Of a stretch of 64,000 nt of DNA, positions 1 to 13,476 are shown piece after piece. Both the position numbers and the translations under genes were made by a program. Every line of letters starts with the position of its first letter. Position 1 is the first letter of the stretch. Source of the DNA: Blepharisma stoltei ATCC 30299. Its lineage: Eukaryota > Protista > Ciliophora. The notes under the pieces are model-generated. The model had not been told where the DNA came from and did not search any database. It saw only the letters and a list, made by a program, of their open reading frames with translations. The DNA lies in contig CBFDEM010000008.1 of NCBI GenBank assembly GCA_965603825.1, forward strand, positions 186,001 to 250,000, in the 5' to 3' direction.

Positions 1-1211
1 TCTGCTTGCTTAGGCTCACCTAATAAAACCCATATCTCTTATACAGGAGAATGCAGCAAAGGTTATAAGGGTAATAAGTGCCAATCATGCAAAAAGGGAT
101 ACACTCACACATTTATAATAAGTGTAAAAAGTGTCCAAGCTCAGCAATCAATATACTGATATTAGGACTAATTGGAGCAGGGCTTTTATTTCTTCTATTT
201 ATTATTGTAAAAGAAACAAGAAAATCTGCTTTTAAGCCTAAATCACATATGTCAATCTATATGAAAATCTTATTAAATTATTTGCAATTGATCACTCCAA
301 TATCTGCTTTTAAGCTAAATTGGTCATCAGAAGTTTTGGCCCTTTTTGAATTCCAAAGCAACACAGATTATATACAGCCCCAAATTTACTCAGTTCAATG
401 CCTTTTGCAAAAATATAGCTCCCAACAATCCACTTATTTTGAGACTCTTTTTATAACTGCTCTAATCCCATTTGTACTGATTATTTTATTGATAATATTT
501 TGAATGATTTTGAAGCTGGTGAAATCTTCATTTCCAACGTTTTGAGATGATTTTATATCGACGTGCATTATTTTATTATTTTTACTACACTCAAGTATTG
601 TTAAAAAAATGTTTGCGTCGATGAATTGCACTGAGATTAATAATGGGGAATATTGACTTGAAGAAGACCTTGATATAAAATGCTGAAATTATGAGCATTA
701 TTTTTACGTAATGACTATATCTTTGCCAACTATCATTATATGAGGAATTATTTTACCTACAGTTTGTTTAATAGCTCTCATTAGAGACAAAGAGAATCTT
801 AAATCAATAAATATTCGTGTGAGATATGGGTTTATTTTTAATGGTTACAAGGAAAGTAAATTCTATTGGGAATTTATCATTTTATATAGCAAAATCGTCT
901 TAATATGCTGCTCAATATTTTATCAAAGAATTTCCTTAAAACTCCAAGCCGTTTCTGCTACAATTTTATATACAATTTATTTTCGCCTGCAATACTCAAA
1001 TAATCCTTATAGTGAAAATGATTTAAATCGGACTGAATTGCGCTCTAAATTCGCCTGTTTATTTACTATTTACTGCGGACTTTTTTATTTGATGGGATCA
1101 TTAAATGAAGGAGTCAGCTATTTTTTATTTAGTCTCATTGCTTTGATAAATCTCTATTTTTTATGTTTTATGTGTTTTTGCATTGCAAAGACAATTTTTA
1201 ACAAAAAATAA
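1..1211 (+). CDS. 3' part of a Cys-rich ectodomain + multipass membrane protein (5' end outside window; apparent 1-nt frameshift near 110-118)
   Basis: ORFs 78-503 and 819-1211 join in one frame when TGA=Trp (GEY[W]LEEDLDIKC[W]; YGFIFNGYKESKFYWE). Frame 1 gives the upstream GECSKGYKGNKCQSCKKGY. Several hydrophobic TM segments; ends TAA 1209-1211. Confidence 0.75.
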
Positions 1212-1439
1212 ACATTTTTTAAAGATTAAATGGCGAATTATTTATAGATTTCCAGTAAATATTTCTTTTAATGGAATTCATGCCTGATTGGTTCTTTTAG
1301 TGTATGATAGAGCAGCTCAATTGAGAAGATATGTAGATGTGAATTATATTATAATGGCTATTTTCCGATGATGGCGATCTATGAGCTATAGCTATAAGTA
1401 GAGATTTAAATGAACTTTTAGCCCAGAGCGGCCTTACTT

Positions 1440-1780
1440 GCCACAGAATTTTTGCCATAAGAAATAGTTTTTATGCTAAAAGGAGATATAATAAAGCATT
1501 AAAACATTAATATGATGAGCCAAGTACAAATAAATATTATATTGCAGTAGTTAATGCCCTTTATAAGCAAGAAAAATGAAAGCAATCGCTTTGGCGCTAT
1601 AGTGAGACTATTAGAACAAAGTTGCTTTATGATACATATTATTGGTATAAAGGAAACGCTCTCAGTGAATTAGGTAAAAGAGAAATAGTTATTGAGTGTT
1701 TTCATGAAGCCTGCAGAATAAATTGCAGAGATGCTCAATATCTTAGCACCCGCCTCCCTAGAATAGAATAAGCTACTACT
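1440..1780 (+). pseudogene. Decayed TPR gene fragment
   Basis: Translates in pieces to NALYKQEK..YSETIR and YWYKGNALSELGKREIVIECFHEACRIN, resembling the TPR units at 17.3-18.8 kb; broken by stops and frameshifts. Confidence 0.6.
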
Positions 1781-2260
1781 TATTGAAATCAATATTTAAT
1801 TAAAATAAATCATTATAATAACTTAATTATTATTTCTTCCTGCTCAAAAAAAATGATTTTCTTTTATTTTCAAGCCAATAGCATGCAACTTGATTTTTTT
1901 AAAAATTATTTCTCCTGGATAATGTAATTCTGGTGCTAGCTATAGAAAGGTTGCAATAGTTGAATTTTTTTCCTGATTCGCTTTATGTTTCAAAATCCTT
2001 TAGCAATTGTTAGATCTTTTATTTTAAGTTTATTAAGCCTAATTTATCTAAAGAACATCAGCATTAATTTTCTGTGCTTCTAAAATTGCTTATTAAATCC
2101 AAAGCAATCCTTTGATTCTATAGTTAAAATATAAAAATATCTATCCTTAATAAATTTCATAAAAGAATTTATTCTAGCCTATCTAGGTTTTGCTTTATTT
2201 CTATTCCATATTTTAATTTTACACACATTTATGAGAAACTATTTAAGTTTAAGGCTTTCC

Positions 2261-5200
2261 TTACCTCGAAGAAAATTGGACAGTGAAGTATCTTCCAATC
2301 ATATAAAGTGTCTCCACCACAAACACCTGCACCAAAATTCCATAAAGGAAAGAAATAGCCCAATATCCGCTCCATTCGAAGCAGAAATCAATATTTAGCA
2401 GCACAATCCCAATAATTGATCCAATAAGCACCGAAATCCCTACAATAACTGCTGCAATTGACCACATAGGCGCTTTGCTTCTATCAATAGCGAATGCTGA
2501 AATCATGAAAAGTTCTATTGGGGTCGCTATAAGTAGAGCTAAAATTGTGTAGCCAAAGTACACTGCTTCATAGTCATTAAACAAGGTCTCAGTTGACGCT
2601 GATTTGCCTTTGCTGATATTTTCGAATCCATATATAAGTAGCCCTTCTAGCAATAATTCGAAAACAATGACTGTAATCAATATAAACAGCCTAATAGCCC
2701 TTGGGAAGTGATTTCTGAAATAAATGAGCCCAAATAGTAAATGGCCTTCTAATAATGATTGCAACTCAGTTTCTGCAAACTCCTCTTTATTTACCTCTTC
2801 TTCATCAGGCTGAGCTTTACTCAAAACAGGGTCTGATGACTGGAATTCTGTGAAAACTCCTCCTTTAGTCGGTACTCCTTTTACGTCATTAGGAGTCTTC
2901 GGGGTTGACGGGCCATCCTCTTTTTCTACCAGAACACTCACATTTGGAGGATTAGGTATTGGCTCAATAATCTGCTCATCTTGAATGCTCTCTAATGCCA
3001 AACTTCCTGCAGGATTATTTGGAGCCTTTACATTTTCTTCATTTTTATTTTCAGTATCCACATATTCTTGCTTCTTTAAGAAATGTGCAGGAGATTCTGG
3101 ATGGAATGAGATATCGTGTAGGACAGGTTTGACCTTCTTAGCTTGATGTTTGCTATCAATAAAGCTCAGAATAGGGGCAAAAATTATAGAAACAAACAGA
3201 GTGACTACCAATATATAAATTGGAGCATAATTATCATCACATGAGCTACTTGAAGGCTTGTTAGGAATGACAACTTCAGTTTGGGTCAGCTTAAACATAG
3301 AGAAATGATAAACCTCAAATACAATGCTATTGTTTTTAATCTCAGAGATCTCACATCCGTCTTCTACCCAAGTTTTACTAGTCTCATTATAAAACAAGCA
3401 GCCCCAGGCGTAGTGTCTGCCGAGGTCTTTATTGATAGGCAGCTCCAACACAAATGGGTAGTCACTTGTAGAGAATGGCACATAAGTCTCAGTTGACGTC
3501 TGGAGCTCATAATTGACATAACTGCCTGAATTAGCAAAACTCATCATAACGATATCGCTGCTCTCGTCTGATAAGTTATAATAATGCAGCTTGATGTTCA
3601 TAACGTCAGTATCTGCATAGCTGAGGTTTGTTGGAATCGAAAAGGTTTGATTTGTCCCTATCCTTGCTGTATGGTTTACCATTGAGCTCGGGAAATCTCT
3701 ATATTTGAAGACTTTGGTCATGTCTGTATTTTGAGACCCGTCCATTGCAGATTGTGTTACTAAATCGTCAAGAGTCGCAGCTATTTCCCATTCAGTCAAA
3801 AACTTGTCTGCATTTATAATATAGTCTTCTAAGGACATGCCTACATAGTTGGTATTGTAGCCATATGACAAATAATTATTGACTAATGCGACAACTGTCA
3901 CCATGTTTTCTTGACTTGGGACTAATGATGGATTATTTACAATAACCCCTGCAAGCCAAGTTGCCATTGTTGTAAACATTTCAGCACTCATCTGCTCAGT
4001 TTGGGTCGTCATAGAGTATGCAGCTCCTAGTGCATTTTGCAGTCTATCGTTGTCAACCGTGGTACTTGCAACATAGCTTTGTAAGTCGCTCCACATTTTA
4101 GCAAAGAGCTCACTGTCAATAGTTGCAGAGCCGCAGAATAAACTGATACTTGCTGGGACATTATCAGAGTCTATAGTGCTTTCTAAATAAGCTTCCATAA
4201 GTGAAGAAGATTCTAGTCTTCTGCTGCTGGCTGCACTAATAGTAAGGGTAATTGAATAATCAGAGCAGGTTACTAAGCTATCACAGACACGAATGGTGAC
4301 TGCATTTTCATTAGGGAACAAATAGGTCGATAAGTAATTAACCTCAGTCGTGTAACCTAAAGTATAAGTTTTGCCACCAGTGACATCAAGGTAACGGTAG
4401 GTTAATGGATAATCTTCTTCATCTTTATCATAGCAGCCATCTACGCTCAGCTTAAAAGAGGTTGTTAATGCATTGCCAGTGGTCGGGTCAGATGCAGCTG
4501 TTCCTGTACAAGTCGCTCCTAGGTTAGCGTTAATTGGTAAATGAACTGTAAAGGACTTGCCTTGAGCTGATATAGATAAAGTAAATGTATAGGAGTTCCC
4601 TTCAGTCAATGTCCCAGAAGGCAAAGAAACAGTCGACAAATAATTAGGAGAAATTGCTATATCTTGTCCTGAGGTGACTGACCATTGTAAAGTAGGGGAA
4701 TAGCTCGATGTAACTGAGGCTGAAAACTTGTTAGTCCCTTGTGGGTTGAATTTTTCTGAGCTTAGCACAATTTCTGCTTTGGCTGTTGCAGTGGTGCTGA
4801 GAACGGTTAAGGTTACAGTTGCGCTGGCAGTCCTGGTATCTTTAGAAATTGTACATTTGATATCCCATTGGGCGCCTTTTACTAGTCTTGTTGCCGGTAT
4901 CTTCAAATTTACACTGGCTTCGCTGTCTAAAAGGGTCTTTCCGTCACCTCCTACACATGTGCTAGCGTCAGCTGTATTTGTGCAAGTCCATAAGTAAGTT
5001 AAACTTACAGTCGAATCATCAGGATCTTTGCTGCCGCTTGCATCTATCGTATAATCAGAGTCAGGGGATACGTCTCCGCTTGTCTTAGATAACTGTATTG
5101 ATAAAGGTGAAGAAGTGACTGTAATTGATATAGTAGAATTTCCAGAAATAGAGGCACCGTTATAGGTTTGGGAAGCAATAGCCATAAAGACATATGGGGT

Positions 5201-8200
5201 ATCAGTTTTAGCTGCTAAAGCATTTTTCTTGATTGTCAGTTTGTCGTTGTTAGCGTTTTGGAGGATGGAGGTAGAGTCAATGGTAGGGCCAGAATAGTAT
5301 TTCCAGGTCCATGAGAAGCTACTGCTGGCAGAATTAGAACAGAGAGTACTGAGTTTTGCCTTTATAGTAGAAGAAGAGCTAGCCTTCATAGAAATACTGT
5401 TCCCTTGGTCAAATATGACTGATAGACTGCTTTCTCCAGTCACTGTAGTGACAAGCCAAGCTGAGCTTTTTAGCCCAAAATAGTTAGTTACCTGGAGCGT
5501 AAGATTTAGGGTCGTGGTGGTTGAGATATCGAAATAAGACTTAGCGATACTGATAGAAGATGTTTTTTGGGACTTTATGTAGTCGCTTAGCTTGCTGTTT
5601 GTAGGAGAAATTGTAGAGGACCAAGCATAGGACATAGAGCCTATTGACATCGTTGATTTTTCACCTGAGTATTTCAATGGTTCTGAAGAAGACCCACAAG
5701 ATAAAGAAGCACTTGAAGGACCAGTCAAAGCAGCAGTTGGAGAAGGACTTACAGAGGTGGTAGGGACCACAGAAAGTGGCTGATAAGTCAATGAGCAAGA
5801 ATCGCTTGAGTCTTTTACTAAATATGTCCCATCCAAATACATAGTCTGGCCTCTAAGTGTAAATAAGCTCCCAAGAGCCACTTTAAGCGTCTTTTGGTCA
5901 AGCCAGCTACAAACAGGCCCAGTTCCCAGTAGTCCTAGTGTCGTCGAATTAAACACCTTAGAGCAGGTTGGATCTAGCTTGGTATCAACTTTTGCATTGA
6001 AATATATATTTATTGAAGTCCACGTCGTGCTGAAACTTGCTGATTTTACATCAGTCGATGCCAAGTATTTCTTACACCCTATGCATTTGTTAAACATCAA
6101 GGTATAGCCACTATTACAGACACAAGTCTTAGAATTGGAATCAAATGAAGAATTGGCAGTACAAGCACATTTTGACCCTGTTAGTTCTGCATTAGTGACA
6201 CATTTAGTGCATTTATTTCCATCGTCAGTATTGCATTCAGTGCAAAGAGAGTTGCAGTTAGCGGCACAATAGCCGGTGATGGAGCTGCTAGTTAGAGTAT
6301 ATCCTGAATCGCAGCTGCAGAGCTTGGTGGAAGCATCAAGGGTGGCATGGGCTCGACAAGAGGAACAGACGGATTCGCTTGAACAAACTTTGCATGGAGC
6401 TTTGCAGAGCTCACAGTCGGTAGAGGATTTGTAATAGCCAGATTTGCAGGTGCAAGTAAAGGCTGTTTTATCATAAGTCGCGAGTTCAGTACATGAAGTA
6501 CATTTTGTTGCTGTGGTACAAGTTGCACAAGGCTTGGTACAAGCATGACAACTACCTCCTTGATAATAAAATCCATCAGGACAGCAGCTTCCAGTTGGGT
6601 TAAACACTGTAGTCTTCACAGAAAACTGTTCATCACATTTCATACAATCCCCTGTCCCATCAACACACTCAAAGCAATAACTTTGACATGCCTTGCAAGT
6701 AGTATCCCAATATTTCCCTGAAGCACAACAAGAAGTCGGCTTAATTCCTGCTTTTGCTCTAAATGAGAATTTTTTGCTGCAAATGCACAGTCCAGTCACA
6801 TCTTCACAGCTTGTACAAGATGCTGCGCAGGATTCGCACTTTTTGGTTGTATCATTCCAGAATTTTCCAGCCGCACAACAACTGGTCTTTTTGGCTGAAG
6901 CTTTAGCACTAAATTTAAATTTATTTGAGCATTGTAAACAGTCAGCTGAGACGTCCTCACATATATCACAGTTAGTAGCACAGTTGAGGCATTTTTTCTG
7001 GGAATTGTTGTAGTATTGGTTGGTGGCTGAACAACAGCTGGGAACTTTTTTAACCCCTGCTACGGCGTGTATTTTAACCTTTTTGGAGCATGCAAAGCAG
7101 TTTCCAGTGATATTTTCGCAGGTGTCACAATTTTGGTCAGGGCAAGGCTGGCACTGTAATGCTTGGCTCTTATAGTATTTGCCTGCAGCACAGCAAGTAC
7201 CGACATTGACTCTTAAGGAGTGTCCTTTGAAGTATTTTTCACAGTTAATACAGTCTCCTGAGACATCTTGACACATAAGACAGTGGGTTCCTGGACAGAC
7301 ATCGCATTGATTATTACTGGTCCAATATTTATTATCGTCTGCGCAGCATGATGTCTTTTTAAGCTTGGCCTTTACGCCTCTTATTTTCATCAAATTAGAG
7401 CATTGTATGCAGGAGCCATCACCATCGTTACAATAGTCGCAGTTTGTTGGGCAATTAATGCAGGAGGACCCAGAAGTGGGCCAATATTTCCCATCTATAC
7501 AACAGCTTGGCTGCTTTTTCACTTTAGCAACGACTCTTGGGAATTTAACTTTTGTGGAGCATGCTAAACAGTTTCCTGTAATATTTTCGCAGAAATCACA
7601 ATTTGTGTCAGGGCATGCCGAACAGCCAACGCTCGCCTTGTAGTAATTGCCTGGATCACAACAAGTACCCACATTGACTTTTAATGAGCTTCCTTTGAAG
7701 TATTTTTCACAATTAATACAGTCTCCTGAGACATCTTGGCACATAAGACAATGACTGCTGCAAGTGTCGCATTGATTATTACTGGTCCAATATTTATTAT
7801 CGTCTGCGCAACATGATGTCTTTTTCACCTTGACTTTTATGTTTCTGAATTTCATTAAATCAGAGCATTGTATGCAGGAGCCATCTCCATCATTACAATA
7901 ATCGCAATTTGTTGGGCAAGAAGTGCAGGAACTTCCACCAGTTGGCCAATATTTCCCATCTATACAACAGCTTGGCTGCTTTTTCACTTTAGCAACAACT
8001 TGAGGGAATTTAACTTTTTTGGAGCATTCTATGCATTTTCCTGTAATATTTTCGCATAAATCACAATTATTGACAGGACATGTCTGGCAACCAGCACCAC
8101 TGCTCTGGTAGTATTTGCCTGGATCACAGCAAGTACCCACATTGACTTTTAATGAGCTTCCTTTGAAGTATTTTTCACAATTAATACAGTCTCCTGAGAC

Positions 8201-11200
8201 ATCTTGGCACATAAGACAATGGCTGCTGCAAGTGTCGCATTGATTATTACTGGTCCAATATTTATTATCGTCTGCGCAACATGATGTCTTTTTCACCTTG
8301 ACTTTTATGTTTCTGAATTTCATTAAATCAGAGCATTGTATGCAGGAGCCACCACCATCATTACAATAATCGCAATTTGTTGGGCAAGAAGTGCAGGAAC
8401 TTCCACCAGTGGGCCAATATTTCCCATCTATACAACAGCTTGGCTGCTTTTTCACTTTAGCAACAACTTGAGGGAATTTAACTTTTTTGGAGCATTCTAT
8501 GCATTTTCCTGTAATATTTTCGCATAAATCACAATTATTGACAGGACATGTCTGGCAACCAGCACCACTGCTCTGGTAGTATTTGCCTGGATCACAACAA
8601 GTACCCACATTGACTTTTAATGAGCTTCCTTTGAAGTATTTTTCACAATTAATACAGTCTCCTGAGACATCTTGGCACATAAGACAATGGCTGCTGCAAG
8701 TGTCGCATTGATTATTACTGGTCCAATATTTATTATCGTCTGCGCAACATGATGTCTTTTTCACCTTGACTTTTATGTTTCTGAATTTCATTAAATCAGA
8801 GCATTGTATGCAGGAGCCACCACCATCATTACAATAATCGCAATTTGTTGGGCAAGAAGTGCAGGAACTTCCACCAGTGGGCCAATATTTCCCATCTATA
8901 CAACAGCTTGGCTGCTTTTTCACTTTAGCAACAACTTGAGGGAATTTAACTTTTTTGGAGCATTCTATGCATTTCCCTGTAATATTTTCGCATAAATCAC
9001 AATTATTGACAGGACATGTCTTGCAACCATCAGCGCCGCTCTTGTAGTATTCGCCTGGATCACAACAAGTACCCACATTGACTTTTAATGAGCTTCCTTT
9101 GAAGTATTTTTCACATTTCATACAGTCTCCTGAGACATCTTGGCACATAAGACAATGACTGCTGCAAGTGTCGCATTGATTATTACTGGCCCAATATTTA
9201 TTATCGTCTGCGCAACATGATGTCTTTTTCACCTTGACTTTTATATTTCTGAATTTCATTAAACCAGAGCATTGTATGCAGGAGCCACCACCATCATTAC
9301 AATAATCGCAATTTGTTGGGCAAGAAGTGCAGGAACTTCCACCAGTGGGCCAATATTCCGCATCATTGATACAGCAGCTTGGCTGCGTTTTTATTTTAGC
9401 AACAACTTGTGGTAATTTTACTTTTTTGGAACATTCTATGCATTTCCCTGTAATATTTTCGCATAAATCACAATTATTGACAGGACATGTCTTGCAACCA
9501 TCAGCGCCGCTCTTGTAGTATTCGCCTGGATCACAACAAGTACCGATATTAACTTTTGGGGCGATTCCTTTGAATGTTTTTTCACATTTCATACAGTCTC
9601 CTGAGACATCTTGGCACATAAGACAATGGCTGTTGCAAGAATCGCATTGATTATTACTGGTCCAATATTTATTATCGTCTGAACAACATGATGTCTTTTT
9701 CACCTTGACTTTTATGTTTCTGAATTTCATTAAACCAGAGCATTGTATGCAGGAGCCATCTCCATCATTACAATAATCGCAGTTTGTTGGGCAAGAAATG
9801 CAGGAACTTCCACCAGTGGGCCTATATTCCGCATCATTGATACAACAACTTGGCTGCGTTTTCACTTTAGCAACAACTTGTGGCAATTTTACTTTTTTGG
9901 AACATTCTATGCATAGTCCTGTAATATTTTCGCATAAATCACAATTATTGACAGGACATGCCTGGCAGCTGCCGCTCTTGTAGTATTTGCCTGGATCACA
10001 ACAAGTACCGATATTAATTCTTGGGGCACTTCCTTTGAAGTCTTTTTCACATTTTATACAGTCTCCTGAGACATCTTGGCACATAAGACAATGGCTGTTG
10101 CAAGGATTGCATTGGCCTGCGTTCCAATATTTATTATCGTCTGCACAGCATGATGTCTTTTTTAGCTTGACTTTTGCGCCTCTGAATTTCACAAGATTAG
10201 AGCATTTTATGCAAGACCCATCGCCATCTGCACAATCATTGCAATTATCTGCGCAGGTAGTACAAGCACCTGATCCGCTTGGTTTATATTTGTTATCAAG
10301 ACAACAACTTGGCATTTTTTTATGGCCAACAGTGATTGCTGGGAATTTTACTTTTTTGCTGCAAGTAAGACAGTTTCCAGTCACATTTTGACAGTCATCA
10401 CAGTTTGTATCAGGACATGTGACACAGGCGGGTGGAACAGCAGTTAAACTATAATAGGTATTTCCAGAACAGCATGTGCTTACGTCCACTATTGTAGCAC
10501 CCTTGACTTTCTTTGAGCAAGAAATACAATCCCCTGTCACATCTTTGCACTCCAAACAATTATCAGAACAGTTCACACAAGAACTGCCAGTTCTGTGTTT
10601 TCCTGAGTCACAACAGCTGGTTTTCTTAAGTTTTACCTTCACACCTGCCATTTTGACTGTATTTTTGCATTGGATACAGGCAGTTCCATCTCCTCCGTCT
10701 TGGCAGCTTGCACAATTAGTATCAGGACATGGCTTGCATTGGTTGTCTGGCGTTTTCCAAAATTCATTAGAATTTGAGCAACAACTGGTTTTTTTGACGT
10801 GTACAACTAAATTTGAAGGCAGTTTTAACTTTTTCTTGCATTCAAGACAAGTGGCACCATTGGTGGCGCCGTCACTGCAGATATTACAATTGGTATCTTG
10901 GCAATTCATGCAAGTGTTTCCAGCAGTTCCTCCGTTAAATTGTCCATCAAGGCAACATGAAGTCTTTTTGATCTTAATAATGGCTCGACCTTTTAACTTT
11001 TGTGAGCATTTAATACAGTTACCAGTAGTATCAGCACAGGAATCACAATTGGCACCACAGTCTTGACACAATTGATTTGAATTGTAGTATTTTTTGTCTG
11101 CACAACAAGATGGGGACTCCTTGGCCTTGATTTTGGTCTTCATTTTCATTTTTTGAGTAGTGGCACAGGAAGTGCATAAAGATTGGGTTGCATCATAAAA

Positions 11201-11662
11201 TTCGCCTTGGTTAGGACAGTTTTGGCAAGTACTTCCATCGAACCAATCTGCATCAGTGGCACACTGGCAAGTAGTTCCGCTTAAAGTTTGAGAGCCTTTG
11301 CATTTGCATTTGTTCATGTCTGCGCCTGTGCCGATTTCCATTCTATTTGGGTCCATACACTGTAAGCATGCCTGGGTAAAGTCGGCACAATAAGCACATA
11401 AGTCACCACAAGTGACACAAGTACTTCCATCAGCATTACTAGACTTACCTGGAGGGCAAGAAGCTGGTGTGGTAAGGGCTCTCCAATGAGGGTTTTCAGA
11501 AGTAAAAGGAGAAGACTCTGTGGGCTCTTTATATAATCCTTCAGATTTTGGAAGTTGTCAAGGGACTTTACCTTTGTCATTAGAAGGCAGTGAGTCGTGA
11601 ACTTCCGAAGCTTGAAGCAGCACAACTGATAAAAGACAGCAGAAAAGAAGCTGACTTCGCAT
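2261..11662 (-). CDS. 3133-aa surface protein: signal peptide, Cys-rich repeats, REJ-like Ser/Thr-rich region, GPS motif, multiple TM helices (polycystin-1/REJ-like architecture)
   Basis: The 3031-aa ORF extends in frame through one TGA(Trp) to ATG 11662 (MRSQLLFCCLLSVVLLQASE, signal-like). Many CxxC repeats; DASGSKDPD and DYPLTYRY REJ-like motifs; GPS-like WGCLFYNETSKTWVEDGC..VYHFSMF just before TM1; more TMs near the C-terminus. Confidence 0.85.
7260..10240 (-). repeat. Intragenic tandem repeat, about 468-bp (156-aa) period, about 6 units, central ones nearly identical
   Basis: Near-identical shadow ORFs at 7868, 8336 and 8804 (468-bp spacing); repeated peptide CCADDNKYWTSNNQCDTCSSHCLMCQDVSGDC. 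Confidence 0.92.
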
Positions 11663-13476
11663 ATTTATAAACCTTAATTTTTAGTCATGAATTTCTGGAT
11701 AATAAAAATATGGGATAACATTTTTTTCAGAGGCTTGGAATTAGGAAGACTTAATAGGCAAGCCAAATAAATTTTAAAACTTTTGTATATACAAGGACTA
11801 AATAAAAAAAATTATAAGGGACGTTTTGATGTTTAGGAAGTTTTCGGCTGTAGAAATCCAGCAGGTGGCTTGGGAATGCTAGATTTTAGTTTTAGGACAA
11901 GTTGGTGGGAAAAGGGAGGTCTTGGGTTGCTTTTGAAATTTTTTCACCTTTGAGAACTTTTTAAAATATTGCATATTGAGCAATTGTCTGGGGTGTCTGG
12001 CGAGTAGACCCAACCTCAAGCAAGCAGATTCCATAATTTAAGAAAGTCAGGGTGGGTTTTTGCCAGGTCAGATCTTAGCAGGGGTATTTTTTCTTTGTCC
12101 CATGAATGATAAAGAGAAGATGTAAAGTCAGACATACTTCAGGCAAACAATTTTATACCTATTAAGGCAGTAATAAAGAAGGAAGCAGTAGGTGTCCTGA
12201 GCACTACAAAGACTAATAGATCCTCTGTCATAGAGCATGGTCAAGCTTAGCCAGGAGATGTTAGGCTTTGCCTTATAAAATTAAAAATCTAATTGTTTAT
12301 GGAAAGAAGAAGGATAGGTCTTATATTTACCTGGCTTTAAAGAAGTAATAATAAATTGCATAGAATTTAATAAATCTAATCATAATTGTATCGAGTTTAA
12401 TCGAATTCTACTCATAGGCTTAGTTTTGAATATCAGAGAGCTGGTGAATTTTAGGCAAAACCCTTATGTGTTGACCTTTTAAGTTAAGCAAAGGATAAAG
12501 GATAAAGAATTAAAATTAAAATATATTTTTACTCTGAAGAAAAGCTGTCGATATAGATTAAATAATTATTAGAAATTGATTGCATTTTTAGATTGAATCA
12601 GTTACGCTTCTAAAAAAAAATTGAAAAATTTTTAGGCTATGTGATTGATTTTGATTCCAAAATCATAAAATTTATATTATCTAATTCAATAAATGCTTTT
12701 TTGTTTGCCATCTAAGTTTTATATGCATGATTTACTTTATATTAGAAATTGTTAAAAATAGTATTTTACGCCGAAAAATTGTTAACAGTTTTCATATTTG
12801 CTTAAAGCCGAACTTCCGATATTGAGGGAAATATTTTCTATAGCTTATATAGTGGAAGTTCTAGTTAATTGAATAAAAAAAAACAAACAATAAGCCTCAT
12901 AACCTTATTTAATTCTTTTAAAGCTTACTAAGAAAGCTTTTTTATCATTTCTTGACAAGAAAAATTCATTGAAAAATTAGTGAATTCCTTTAACCAAAAT
13001 TATTTCAATCTTAGACAAAATTCACAACTTCAGCGAGAATTTTTCAATCAGAAAAGATGACAGACGACCACCTTAAACAGCCTTAAAGCAGCTGAAAATG
13101 CCAGAAAATTGTTCTGAATAAAATTACTTCAGTAGATTTTAGAATCATAAGTTGAAAGAAAATTGGCGAAACTCTAGACTGCCTGAATAAAAATTTTCTG
13201 TTTTATTCCAAATTTGCCTTGAAGAAAATAATAAAAATATAAATAGAGCATGATCTGGTTGTTTAAAAATAAAAAATCAGCAAAGAAATAGATAAAACTA
13301 ATAAAAAATAATCGATAGCAACTAAAATTTAGTGAATATAAAGAATTACTCGAAGAAATTCAATTAAGAAATATCAATAAAATAGGAAATATTTTATAAC
13401 TAGCAAGAAATAATAAAATTTCATTTTAAGAAACCTTATTAGGCCAGTTGATCTTACTATTTACCACCAATTACTC

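Noticed and set aside
7260-10240. CRISPR-like or satellite array
   Set aside because: The repeats are in-frame coding units with no repeat-spacer structure, in a eukaryotic context.
7458-11066. Plus-strand ORFs within the giant gene
   Set aside because: Antisense shadows of the repetitive Cys-rich CDS; they repeat with its 468-bp period.
11840-12010. Short frame with two GGLG motifs, reminiscent of a non-LTR retroelement C-terminus
   Set aside because: Only about 55 codons with no RT core motifs; may be chance in a G-rich upstream region.
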